Source of the DNA: Nemertoderma westbladi
Lineage: Eukaryota > Animalia > Xenacoelomorpha
Direction of reading: 5' to 3'
DNA length: 64,000 nucleotides
Assembly (NCBI GenBank): GCA_032718475.1
Contig: JAUCBJ010007179.1
Span: forward strand, 124,001-188,000
The translations under genes and the position numbers were made by a program. Shown in pieces: positions 42,113 through 54,070 of this stretch (positions within the stretch are counted from its first letter, which is position 1; every line of letters begins with the position of its first letter). Below the pieces are notes generated by a model. The model worked only from the letters and a program-made list of their open reading frames with translations, did no database searches and had not been told where the DNA came from.

Positions 42113-44370
42113 GTTAAAGTGTTACAATTAATCTGGGTGCATCAAAGCAATAAACAAAAGTTAAAGATGGTTACAGGACAAGTTGTATCTAGACAAGTTT
42201 GTTCAAAATTATAAAAGAAACATTTTTATAGTCAAATTTTGTTTGTTTTTCTTTTTTCCGCCCCCAAACCCCCGCTTCTTTTCTTGGGGGCTGCCAGCCT
42301 GCCGCCCTCAAACACCCGCTTCTTTTCTTGGGGGCTGCCGCCCCCAAACCCGCATTTCCCTGTGTGCCCGTGGTGAAAGACTTTGAGACCGTTTTGAAAT
42401 AATCAATTCATGTTTGTATCATCAGATAATAAATTAACTAAGCCTAAAGTAGGAGCTGTATTGAATGTTAACCAATTTAATATATAAATTACTACAATAT
42501 TATATAATTCAACAAAATCCTATTAAAAATATTGCAAGTAACCAGGAAATTAAATATGTAGTGTGTATAATATCTCTATAGTATGTATAGTAATATGTAT
42601 ATCAATATGTAATGCTGAACACAGAATACAGGTCGATGTATGTCGATTTTACCCTGGAGAGGTATAATTTTGATTGCAACAATAATATTCATCGCAATAT
42701 GCTACAATTTGAAGAAGACTATTACATAATAATACCTATAATTAAAACAATTAATTATTATAATTCTATAGTTAATAAAAACAGTATCATTCGGGGGATG
42801 GAATTTATAGGTCATCAAATTAATTGTTTAAAGATTAGCAAACAATACAATGTAATTGTATTGATAAAACCCATAAATAAATCTTCGCGATGCTCTTCAA
42901 CTGCTATGTGCGTGTTATGGGATGCGTTGTAAATTGTGTCAGATGTTGCCACCACCGTATTGAATGTGGCCTCGAATAACTCAGCCACCTCGATATCATC
43001 TTCCAGGTGGTTGTCCATAAGTACGAATGGAGAGACCGCAACTGCATTATCTGTATTATTCGCTGTTCCAACTGTTGCATATACTTGAAACTGTTCACTG
43101 GGTGTTACGCTAGACACCAAATTCGAACTGTCGTTTAACACTGGCACTACATTCGCCGGTGTTATCCTCTCAGACCTTTGTAAATCCTGTAGTGAAAGGG
43201 CTGGTCGCAATTAATAAATTGTCTCATTTATTCAACGCACAGATAATATACTTTCTATTGTTTTGGAGTCATACTGACGGACAGACCGACAGTCAAACGG
43301 ACAGACCGACAGTCAAACGGACAGACAGCTATATCTCGAGAAGTAGAACAGATCTTGCTAAACGGTATCAAATTTGGAATCTTTATAAAAATCGGCTCTA
43401 GACAGCGAGATGAAATAGAAAAAATTGTGAAAACCTTGAATGCCACACAGCAACACAATCATTTATGAATGAAGAAATATAGTAAAACCTAAGTTTAATG
43501 GATTAAAGTTAGATCCCGTATTACAATATATTAACAAAACCCATATTATTATTATTACTTATATAACAAATGGGATCACGCGATTCCATAATAATCTGCA
43601 CAAGTTGTTTATTAAATAGCCTAAATAATTAATCTATTTTATATTACCTATCTAAAGGTTAATACCGATCGGTTAATACCGATTGGGTAGATCGGAGCCC
43701 CGCAACCCCGCACCATCCCCAAAGCAAAGCCCAGTGCCCGCCATGGGCGCCGCCCACCACGCAAGCAGAAGGAGTTGGAGCGGATCAGCGCGAATTGAAG
43801 GCGCCTCCGGACCACGCCCAACACACTGGCGAGGCCTTGCTGGCGCATCCCCTGCCGCCGAGCCACGAGGGTCTCAACGAGGTGGCGGATTAGGATATCG
43901 GCCTCCTTACACCACACCCCGTCGGTGGTTCCGACTAGGGGGGTGAAGGAGATCCTCCTGTCCTCGCGCACCGCGCTGTAATGGACCTTCTTGGCCCAGG
44001 CTCGCTGCTCGAGGATGGAGTCCAGGGGCCTATTTGCATATGAGGGGGCGTCAGCGTTTCGCATATGAGGGGGCGTCTCGCACCTCATCGTGTCGCTTTA
44101 TGACGAGGCCAGTAGTAAGATGAACCCATCCTCGGCGACAGTTGGACCTACTTCGCACCTTGGGTGTTAAGTAGGTCATTAATTAATTAATCAATTAATT
44201 AATTGGTCGATTAAACAATTAATTAATTGTTTAATCAATCGATTTGTATCAAATAATGTTGCCAAAGGCAATTTAATTTGATACAAATCAATCAGATAGG
44301 GACGCGCGATGAATAAATTGTACTACAGCAAACGAAATATACAATACAATTGCCACTGCCTCAGCCACAG

Positions 44371-45462
44371 GCTGTGGCTGTGGCTGTGGCTGTGGCTGTG
44401 GCTGTGGCTGTGGCTGTGGCTGTGGCTGTGGCTGTGGCTGTGGCTGTGGCTGTGGCTGTGGCTGTGGCTGTGGCTGTGGTTGTGGCTGTGGCTGTGGCTG
44501 TGGTTGTGGCTGTGGCTGTGGCTGTGGTTGTGGCTGTGGCTGTGGCTGTGGCTGTGGCTGTGGCTGTGGCTGTGGCTGTGGCTGTGGCTGTGGCTGTGGC
44601 TGTGGCTGTGGCTGTGGCTGTGGCTGTGGCTGTGGCTGTGGCTGTGGCTGTGGCTGTGGCTGTGGCTGTGGCTGTGGCTGTGGCTGTGGCTGTGGCTGTG
44701 GCTGTGGCTGTGGCTGTGGCTGTGGCTGTGGCTGTGGCTGTGGCTGTGGCTGTGGCTGTGGCTGTGGCTGTGGCTGTGGCTGTGGCTGTGGCTGTGGCTG
44801 TGGCTGTGGCTGTGGCTGTGGCTGTGGCTGTGGCTGTGGCTGTGGCTGTGGCTGTGGCTGTGGTTGTGGCTGTGGCTGTGGCTGTGGCTGTGGCTGTGGC
44901 TGTGGCTGTGGTTGTGGCTGTGGCTGTGGCTGTGGTTGTGGCTGTGGCTGTGGCTGTGGCTGTGGCTGTGGTTGTGGCTGTGGTTGTGGCTGTGGTTGTG
45001 GCTGTGGTTGTGGCTGTGGCTGTGGCTGTGGTTGTGGCTGTGGTTGTGGCTGTGGCTGTGGTTGTGGCTGTGGCTGTGGCTGTGGCTGTGGCTGTGGCTG
45101 TGGCTGTGGCTGTGGCTGTGGCTGTGGCTGTGGCTGTGCTGTGGCTGTGGCTGTGGCTGTGGTTGTGGCTGTGGCTGTGGCTGTGGCTGTGGCTGTGGCT
45201 GTGGCTGTGGCTGTGGCTGTGGCTGTGGCTGTGGCTGTGGCTGTGGCTGTGGCTGTGGCTGTGGCTGTGGCTGTGGCTGTGGCTGTGGCTGTGGATGTGG
45301 TTGTGGCTGTGGTTGTGGCTGTGGTTGTGGCTGTGGTTGTGGCTGTGGCTGTGGCTGTGGTTGTGGCTGTGGTTGTGGCTGTGGCTGTGGTTGTGGCTGT
45401 GGTTGTGGCTGTGGCTGTGGCTGTGGTTGTGGCTATGGTTGTGGCTGTGGCTGTGGCTGTGG
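44371..45462 (+). repeat. (GCTGTG)n hexanucleotide microsatellite, about 1.1 kb, with GTTGTG variants
   Basis: Directly visible, with a one-base phase slip near 45138. Confidence 0.99.
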
Positions 45463-45530
45463 GGAGTGCCTCAGGTCTTAAATCAGAGTCTTACAAATTC
45501 GAACGTTAACGAACAAATTCAAACGTTACT

Positions 45531-45603
45531 GTTCCACCTTGGTGTAGTGGTTGCTTTGAATTCACATCTCCAATAGGTCGTGGGTTCAATCCTCACATGG
45601 ACC
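45531..45603 (+). ncRNA. tRNA-like/SINE-head-like Pol III unit
   Basis: A-box-like TGGTGTAGTGG (45540-45550) and B-box/T-arm GTGGGTTCAATCCTCAC (about 45580-45596). Partial acceptor pairing TCCA/TGGA. The anticodon arm is not canonical. Confidence 0.55.
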
Positions 45604-46867
45604 AGGGCAGTTTTCGTTCGATCAGCAATAGGCCTAACTATACAAAATGTAGTATTATTGCCTAGTAACCAATTCATAGCTACCGTATGGTTTTTACTTT
45701 GAGACATTTCACCCTCTAGCAGCAGACTCGGATCTTCAGACTACTCTGTTGGTTGGGAATTAATTTGACACATGGCGTTTGGGCGATGGCTTTGTTGTTG
45801 AGCTAATATGCGCGTGGACTGCTTCGCAATACAATGCGAAAGAATGCAATCTATTGCAAGAGCAGATGTTTATTATAGTTTTCTTAGGCGAATTGATGTA
45901 ATAACGAAGCTATAGGTTTGAATAATTTAAACTCTATCGCAGGTCCCATTCACGCGTTGACATACAGTATAGGATTCGATGTTTGGATTAGTCATGCTAC
46001 GGTTAATAAGAGCCCAAACGGCCGCAGATTATTGATGGATGACTCGGGGCCAAACTGGGGCCACTTTATTTTTGTGTGAGGGTAATTTATGTTTTGGGTT
46101 TCGATTGTGTCTTTTTATTTAATTCTACCTTTACCTACTGTATGGCAAAAATAATACAAATGTACTGTATATTGTATTGCACAGTGCCTATTGTATTGTA
46201 TATTTCGTTTGCTGTAGTACAATTTATTCATCGCGCGTCCCTATCTGATTGATTTGTATCAAATTAAATTGCCTTTGGCAACATTATTTGATACAAATCG
46301 ATTGATTAAACAATTAATTAATTGTTTAATCGACCAATTAATTAATTGATTAATTAATTAATGACCTACTTAACACCCAAGGTGCGAAGTAGGTCCAACT
46401 GTCGCCGAGGATGGGTTCATCTTACTACTGAGGCCCCTTGACTTGCAGTTGAGGGCGTGGGTCGTTATAAACGGTTCCCCACACCCCTCGTACTTCGCCG
46501 GGAGGCCAGGCAGCGTCAGGCCATATCTCATTGAGAGATTGTCCCGGAACACCCCCGGGTCGAGGTCTGTATAATCCACTATGGAGGGCTGCGCCGTCAA
46601 CCACCCACTGGTTTTGTGGGTCACAGTTCTCTCCACAGTTCGACGCCATTCAGCTGGGACACCGAGGAGGGCGGAATCCTGCCTCGCCTTGTATGAGGCG
46701 TCCTGTGCGATGCGGCTCTCCGCCAAAGCGGAGGAGAGGCACGCGGCATGGTCTGCAACATGGAGGGGGCGACCTGTCAGCGACCTGTCATACACCAGAG
46801 CGACCTGTCAGCAGCTCTGGTGTATACCCGATGCGGGGCCCACATTGGCGCAACTGATCCCACCACT

Positions 46868-48405
46868 TATAATAATAATAATAATAATAATTTCTTTTTA
46901 TTCGCAAAAACTCCGCAACAAGTTAAAAAACCGCACAGAGGCAGCCTAACAGAATAAGATCCCATTATAGCTGATTATTACGCGAATAAAGCGTCACAAC
47001 CTACGATTTTAATTTGTACTATAAAATTAACATACAGTAGGTTTAGTACTCAACTAATCTATAATAATGTACTGTACAATATGTACACAGTACCTTAAGC
47101 ACAAACTTCGATCAAACTCGTTAGCCAGCTGTCTCCGGCATATATTTGTTTAAATTTATAGTCATATTAGTGTGTTTAATTTATGTTATGTCGTCACGTG
47201 AGTACATTTTGTAAAATTCCTTCTTTAGTTTATTTGTAAATTTGCTATATGACTTTGTTTCGCGAATATTTAAATTTAGAGAATTCCACAGTCTCGTACT
47301 ACTAACCATCACGCTGTTGTATCCAAATTTTGTTTTTGTTTTTGGTACTTTGATACGGAATGTTCTTTTATTTATGTTTTTATTTTGCCTTTTAAAATTT
47401 TTAAGGAAAGCAATACTTAGATTTTTAAATGGTGTTGATAAATCGAAAAAATATTTAAAGAAGTATTTTAGTACGTAGAAATTTCTAAGTGCTTGTAAGT
47501 GGGGTAATTTTGCCTTAGTGCGTAATTCTGTCCCAGTGGCATCTCTGATTTTTTTGCAGTAGACAGTACGTAGCCCGTAGTTTTGAATTTTATCTAGCCT
47601 GTAAAGTAATTCTTTGTACCCGTGTGTCATATGTAGTGGTGTAATAATTTCACAGCAGTAATTATGTAGTGGTAGGACAGTAGCCTTATACACTGTTAGT
47701 TTCGTGTTAGTAGGTAATTGACCTTTAATAAGTCTTAAACATGATACTGCATGGGTCATTTTCTCAGCAATCAATTTTATTTGTGGCTTCCAAGTAATTT
47801 TATTATCAATTATTATTCCTAGGTATTTAAATTGCGAGCTCTGTTTAACGGTTGCTTTTCCTATGTGCAGGTTAATTTTTTCTATCTCATTTGTTCTAGA
47901 ATGTGGAGTTATTAAAATAAATTCAGTTTTTTCGGGATTTAGTTGCATTTTTAAACTTGAAAAGGTACTATCTATTTTTAATATACGATTTGATAAGGTT
48001 TGGGTAGCAGCGATCGGATCCGGTCCTGATGCAAAGATGAGAGTGTCGTCAGCGTATTGAATGATGTTAAGGTCTTCAGATTCAGCAATTTCGTTGACGT
48101 ATATGAGGAACATAAGAGGTCCCAAAAGTGTTCCTTGCGGAATTCCCCGTTCAGTCTGTTCCCAACTGGAGAAGTTTCCGTTGAGTTTAACCCTTTGTTT
48201 TCGTTGGCAAAGGTAGTCTTTCATTAGGGAGACAGCAGTCGAATGGAGACCAATTTCTTTTAATTTTAGAAGAAGAATATGATGATTCAACGAATCGAAA
48301 GCCTTACTTAGATCTAGTGAAGCTACAGCCACGTGATTTCCTTCGTCAAGTTTTGATCGCCAATTCTCAGTTGCGTATATAATCGCATCCTTAGTAGAAA
48401 AAACT
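46868..48405 (-). mobile_element. 5'-truncated CR1-group (L2/Crack/Daphne-like) LINE inserted into CRE
   Basis: 383-aa ORF 47181-48332 (LDLSKAFD, GIPQGTLLGP, YADD, KYLGI). (ATT)n 3' tail at 46868-46891 on the minus strand. Confidence 0.9.
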
Positions 48406-50917
48406 TACACACACCGGTGATAGAACCCGCCGACGAGGAGTCGTCAGCGTACCAACACTGAGTTTGGAAGCAGGTGGAGCTGCCAGTAGACTGTGCTGGT
48501 TGATCGGGTTGGTTACAGGGTGTTGTGTCAGGCGGGTCTCCCGGCGGTGGGTCAGGCTGGTCTCGAAATGGTGGGTCAGGCGGGTCTCCCAGCGGTGGGT
48601 CAGGCTGGTCTCGAAATCGTGGGTCAGGCGGGTCTCCCAGCGGTGGGTCAGGCTGGTCTCCCATAGCTGAGTCAGGCGGACCTCCCGGTGATGGGTCAGG
48701 CGGGTCTCCCGCTGGTGGGTCAGGCGGGTCTCCCGGCAGTGGTTCTGGTGAGCCTACCAGTGGTGGGTCTGATGGGTCTCCTGGTGATGGGTTAGGCGGG
48801 TCTCCCGGCAGTGGGTCAGATGGGTCCGCTGGCTGTTCCTCTTCAGCCAAAGTCAGTGATAATGGCGTTTCTTCACAGGGCGTCCAGGGCTGGTCCCCAG
48901 AAAGCGTGGGAGACGAGCCGGTAGGAGGCGTAATCAGCGGATCTCGTGGTGGTAGGTCACCGACATCCCGCAATGACCGGACCAAGGAGAGTGTCCCACA
49001 ACCATACCCCAACATCGCCGCCGGATCCCCCTGGGTATATCCTTCACGACTCCACAGAGGGTTGTCGGATCCCTGGAGGTAGAGGGCCGCATGGCCATTA
49101 TAGGCATTGTACAAATACCGGGAACACCGGTGCCAGTACAGACGCGCGTCGTTCCAGAGGGCCACGGGACGACTCAAACTATTGGAGGCATTGGCAGCGT
49201 CAACGAGGAGCATGCACAAACTCGAACATCGCCAACATCGCGTGGACTGCACCTTCGATACCGGCTTTCACCCCCGTGCAGAGCTGGTCCACCCACACTC
49301 CGTGGTGACGTCCATCTTTGTGGCCGCTGTAAGGCAGCTGGTCACCAATCGATAGAGGACTTCTCCAATACCAATTGGCCTGACTCCGGGCTCCTTGTCG
49401 ATGGCTATGAGGCGGCAGGCACGGAGAGCGCGGATCTCGCCCCATGGGACCAAGGTGATGGCGAGACGACAAGCCAACCCGGCGACTGCTTCATGCAGCC
49501 GTGAGCAATGGGCCTCGTACCGGGTGAGGATCGCACGCCAAAGTTCAGCGTCTCCACCTATGGGGCCGGTACTGTCATGCAGATAACGCGAAACCTTCAA
49601 GACAAGCTGCCCTGTGATAGCCACCTCTTCAAGGGGGTGTAACTCCTCGCACTGCTCGAACGAATTCGGGGATACTTCCATTTGAGGCGGGTGTTTACTC
49701 TCCAGGACGACTTGAATGGTGACACCAGCCGGCTGACCCTCGGCCTGGGTCTCGGGGTCCAAAACCCCGCCACTATCTCGATCTGTCACAATACGGACAG
49801 TGGCCCGGTTCTGTCCGGCCGGAATCTTCTGGTTGTAGACTCTAGCCGGATCAGGTGGTGCTGAACCCTGGCGTCTAACAAACTCCAAATTGCAGTGCTC
49901 CGCCTTGACTACCAACTGCCGAAACTCTTCCCGTTCCCACATTCCAATCCGTTGTAATATTGTGCGTCGGATATCCGCCCCCTTTACCACTTCCGGGTCC
50001 CGCTGGAACACAGTCGCGATGAAGCAAAGGGGGTGCTCAGAAGGGTGGACTCCCTTGGTCAATTTCTCCACCTCACTGACAAGAAACTCCGCCACCTTTC
50101 GCCCCACGTTGCCACCGGGCACTGTATAGAGGCGACCTGAAAGGCCAGCAAGTCGAGAGTGGCGGGCTCCCCAGTCCGGATCAGTTGAAACACCAGGGGC
50201 ATTGAGCCACGGTCCCCCAAAGGCGCTCTCCAGGCGGTCTGAAGTTGATGGATGGAGAGGATGAGGTCCTCCCGCAGGATCCTGGGTTACTGGGTCAGGG
50301 CCCATATCGACATTGCGCAGTAACGGGATCTGACTTATAACGGCGCTCGAATATGAGTCCAAATCGGAAGTCGAATTGCTGTGATCCTCCTCGAGGGACA
50401 AACCGACTGGATATACAGCTGAGGCAGGGATCGCACTTGTGGCAAGCCTGGTGGCTGACACGGTGAGGCTGTGAGGATTTTTGCAGTCGTCACAATCCGA
50501 CGGTTTACAGCCAACACAGGGACGTCCACCGCGGGTGCAGCGACACTTGGTTGATGGGCCACAAGACCCGGTCATTATTCAAGTATATATTTAATTAAAG
50601 TATTAATTATTCATTATTAAAGTTAGATAAGTTGTGCTTACCTAAGTTGGTTTGAGAAAGTGTTTTATGCAAATGACTTGGAGGCTGAATTATTAAATAT
50701 TTCTGAATTACCGCAATAAAGATATGGTGTATTATAGAGAAACAACTATAAATAAAATTTGATATTAATTTTCTATCTTTACTCTTCCAATCTCTTTATT
50801 GCTCTTCTGTCACTCAACTATTGAAAGAAAAAAGCATTATTGCATAAGTTTATTTCAATGTGAAATATTTACAAATTTGCGAAAATGCAGCTAACAATTT
50901 GTTGTATATTTTTTTAG

Positions 50918-51055
50918 ATGAGAATGAATGCGAAGAAGATTATATTGATTGCGGAAATGATAAAAGATGTCGCAATACTGTAGGCAGTTACAAATGCGAT
51001 TGCCAGGAGGGATACATGAATAGCGATAAAAGTGATACGACTTCACCCTGCATTG
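50918..51055 (+). CDS. Exon: calcium-binding EGF domain
   Basis: TTTTTAG acceptor, 138-bp phase 1-1 exon (D)ENECEEDYIDCGNDKRCRNTVGSYKCDCQEGYMNSDKSDTTSPCI, then GT donor. Confidence 0.93.
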
Positions 51056-51345
51056 GTGTGTGGATTACTAACAGTTAATTATAGACTACCTACACTTATT
51101 CTTGATAAATAAATAACGTCATAAGTAACGTCAACATTATAGTTTCATAGACTTTATAGCAACATAGACTTTATAGTAATGTGCTACCTATTTGCATTTA
51201 GTTTCTAATGAAGAGTTTAGACCCCCCCCCCCCCCCCCCCCCCTACCCTCCATCCCCTATATGATTTAGGCCTGCGGTACGTTAACTACAGCGATCAAGG
51301 CGCGGACTACCTTTTTAAAACGTTGAAATTATTTTATTTTTTTAG

Positions 51346-51468
51346 ATATAAATGAATGTGAATTTGACACATACGAATGCGATAGCTTGAAAGTATGTAA
51401 CAATAATATGGGTGGTTACTCATGCGACTGTCAAACAGGCTATGAGCTGAACTCCGGTGATTGCTCAG
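51346..51468 (+). CDS. Exon: calcium-binding EGF domain
   Basis: TTTTAG acceptor, 123-bp phase 1-1 exon (D)INECEFDTYECDSLKVCNNNMGGYSCDCQTGYELNSGDCS, then GTATGT donor. Confidence 0.93.
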
Positions 51469-52100
51469 GTATGTTACCGATAATAAAGTGGTTGCATACA
51501 TTTAGGGAACGGTAGGGATATTCTGCAGTTACATGCCAGCTTATCATACCCCAGGGTGCCAGGGTAGGGTAGAACTGGATATGTAAGTTGCCTATGAGCT
51601 GCTTAGGTTCTACTATTTAGTGTTTGTTCTTATCCCAATACCTCGAAATCTACATTTTATTGTCTACACCGTCAAAAGATACAAAACAAAAAAAAATAAT
51701 CACCAACGACTCTGAGAAAGTCCAAATATAACCAAAGCCTGTAACCTGAATTTTAACCAAACAATATGGAGTGCAGTGGGGTAACCCATTTCACTCCGCC
51801 CTACTAATTATTAATAATATGTAAGTATAATAGCTACTGGCTTGACAATTCTAAATATGTCATAAAAATTTAGAATATAATTATTGTTGGTCAATGGCCC
51901 ACTGCAACAGGATTTCTGTAATTTTTTTTAATAGCTAACGCGGTACCATTCTAGAATATTATCATTATTTTAAAAACGAATTTCCACATTTTGTAGAACA
52001 ATAATTTTGGAAAATATCGATATACTGAGAGCGCCACTTGTTTTTTTTGTAAACAATGGTTGCCTTTTCATAAAAAATATCAGATCATATACTCAGTAAT

Positions 52101-52674
52101 TCATTCACAAGAGTGTCCTCTCCAATAAGTTTCAAGGCTAATTGCAAAGGTGGTTTTAATGCGTTCTAATTCTTTCAAATCTCGGAGAGACAGGTATGAT
52201 GCACAGGGATCAATAGCATATAGTAGTACCGTTGGAGAAAATTTCATGTTGAAAATTCGAATTCCTGAAGTTACTGAAACTTTCTGTTGGTAGCGGGACA
52301 TGAGCCAATGGCCTGAAAACACTTCTCTTTTTTGTTTACCACGTGGTGATTGACTTAATGAGGACTGAATTTTTATACCCAAATAGTCATTGTTTACCAT
52401 GTAAAATATACCTGATGGGGATAATGAACCATTTTCGAAACTTGACAATTGTTGTTTTCTTTAAATTGATATACATCTCATTGGAGTAACACCATTCACT
52501 AACTACTGCATCAAAGGCTTTCTGTAATTTTTCACCATCTGATGTATAAGTGGCCCAATCATCATCATAGAAGATGAATATTAGCAGACTTCCTTTGCTC
52601 TGTAAAACCAGCGCAAGATCGGCAATGAATAACAGGACTAGTGTTGGATAACACACCCTGTTTTTCCATTCCAC
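52101..52674 (-). pseudogene. Old LINE RT fragment
   Basis: LFIADL...YDDD...INLKKTTIVKF and YLGIKIQ remnants across frameshifts. Confidence 0.6.
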
Positions 52675-53154
52675 AGGGTAGGTGTCGCAGTGGAGTCAGA
52701 TATACCAGGTCAGGTATACCAACTCTCACGCTCATGGCCCACCATTGGCTATGCAGCTCATCTGCTGGGCCATGCCCTGTACCCCTGCTGCCAGGTACAG
52801 GTCGGAGTGAAGTGCAGACAGATTGGACATGTGAACACTCTACTCCAGACCAGCCGTCATTGGTAGATCACCATCTGCTTGGTCAGGCCATACACCCCTG
52901 CAGCCAAGTATATAGTATGACCTACTATAGTGTAACTATAGTAGTGGTGGTAGTAGTAGTAGTAGCATGGCCTATATATATATACGGCCTAACATGTTGT
53001 CGATTTGGCCTTAAAAAAGAGGCCAGTTTTTTTTACACTAATTTAATATTTTGATACGGGGAGAGTTCTATAAATTGCCATTTGCTGCAATTTGGTCAAC
53101 GGACGTAATTGAAGTCTCTTCGTTAAGCAAGATACTAAATTTTATGGTAGCTAA

Positions 53155-53707
53155 TGTTTTAGATAGGTTTAGCTAGTAATTTCAACACTGGTTCCGACAT
53201 CCTACTTCCCTCTATAAATTTTTTGTAGTAGCTAGTTCTTATTACTATTTGTATAGAAAATGTTCCAGAACATGTTAGCTATTTATTTTTAAAAAATTAT
53301 GTTCTAGAATAAATATTTTTTGTTCTAGAACATTTTTTAGAAAATAATCTGGATTCTATTTAAAACGCATGGAATCGTTCTAAAACGTGTTTAAAATCAA
53401 TAAAAAAAAATGTTCAAAAATTTATTTTATTCACAATATATTTTTTTCACAATTTTTTTTATTGATTTTAAACACGTTTTAGAACGATTCCATGCGTTTT
53501 AAATAGAATCCAGATTTTTTTCTAAAAAATGTTCTAGAACAAAGATATTTGTTCTAGAACATAACTTTTTTAAAAATGAATAGCTAAAATGTTCTGGAAC
53601 ATTTTCTATACAAATAGTAATAAGAACTAGCTACTACAAAAAATGTATAAAGGGAAGTAGGATATCGGAACCAGTGTTGAAATTACTAGCTAAACCTATC
53701 TAAAACA
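53155..53707. repeat. Long imperfect palindrome/foldback (about 255-bp arms, about 40-bp loop)
   Basis: TGTTTTAGATAGGTTTAGCTAGTAATTTC... is mirrored by ...GAAATTACTAGCTAAACCTATCTAAAACA, with several mismatches and small indels between the arms. Confidence 0.93.
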
Positions 53708-54070
53708 CTACAAAACATCTTAGTCCGGCAGCCACGTACCTCTTTTTGGCCCAACCGAAAATTTTTGGACGGATTACATTTTTTGGATGTTTTGGTGTCT
53801 AGGAGTCCCTCTTAACATAAAAAAGTGATTTATGGACTTTGACACCTTGGGCAATTTGAATTAATGACCCGTTTCTATGGACTACAGCAATTTCTTTGAA
53901 AGCTTAGCAATCAGATTGGCGATTAACTGGTGGGCTTGAACTGGTGGTAATTTTGATCGAAAATATGAAAACTTTAGAGAAACTATTGAAGTGTTGCTAT
54001 GGTAACGAAGGCACTACAACTATCTCTATCTTTCCAAGGAAAAACTACTATGCCTACTGACACTCATGTG

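Larger units (their letters stand above)
44111..46429. mobile_element. Non-coding Polinton/Maverick-like derivative (2,319 bp)
   Basis: 240-bp TIRs (44111-44350 and 46190-46429) starting AGTAGT and ending ACTACT. 6-bp TSD GAGGCC (44105-44110 and 46430-46435). Removing it restores the CRE frame HALNCKSRGL-VIKRHDEVRD. Confidence 0.82.
43648..50575 (-). mobile_element. CRE-clade non-LTR retrotransposon (RT plus restriction-like endonuclease), disrupted
   Basis: N-terminal Cys cluster, RLIAIDKEPGVRPIGIGE, QLCTGVKAGIEGAVHA, LLVDAANA, EGYTQGDP, WYADD, SGWL...FRDNL..RYGL, HALNC...RHDEVRD and SFTPLV motifs. Interrupted by two insertions. Confidence 0.88.

Noticed and set aside
42815-43210. 131-aa minus-strand ORF as a host exon or gene
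   Set aside because: No recognisable domain or convincing splice context. It may be a transposon relic.
43270-43400. ACGGACAGAC repeats suggestive of a Helitron/DINE-like element
   Set aside because: Termini could not be defined.
44309-45576. WL/VA/CG dipeptide-repeat ORFs
   Set aside because: Translations of the hexanucleotide microsatellite, with no evidence of coding.
52683-52995. Possible solo LTR (TGTCGC...CTAACA)
   Set aside because: TG...CA ends are present, but there is no matching TSD and no second copy.
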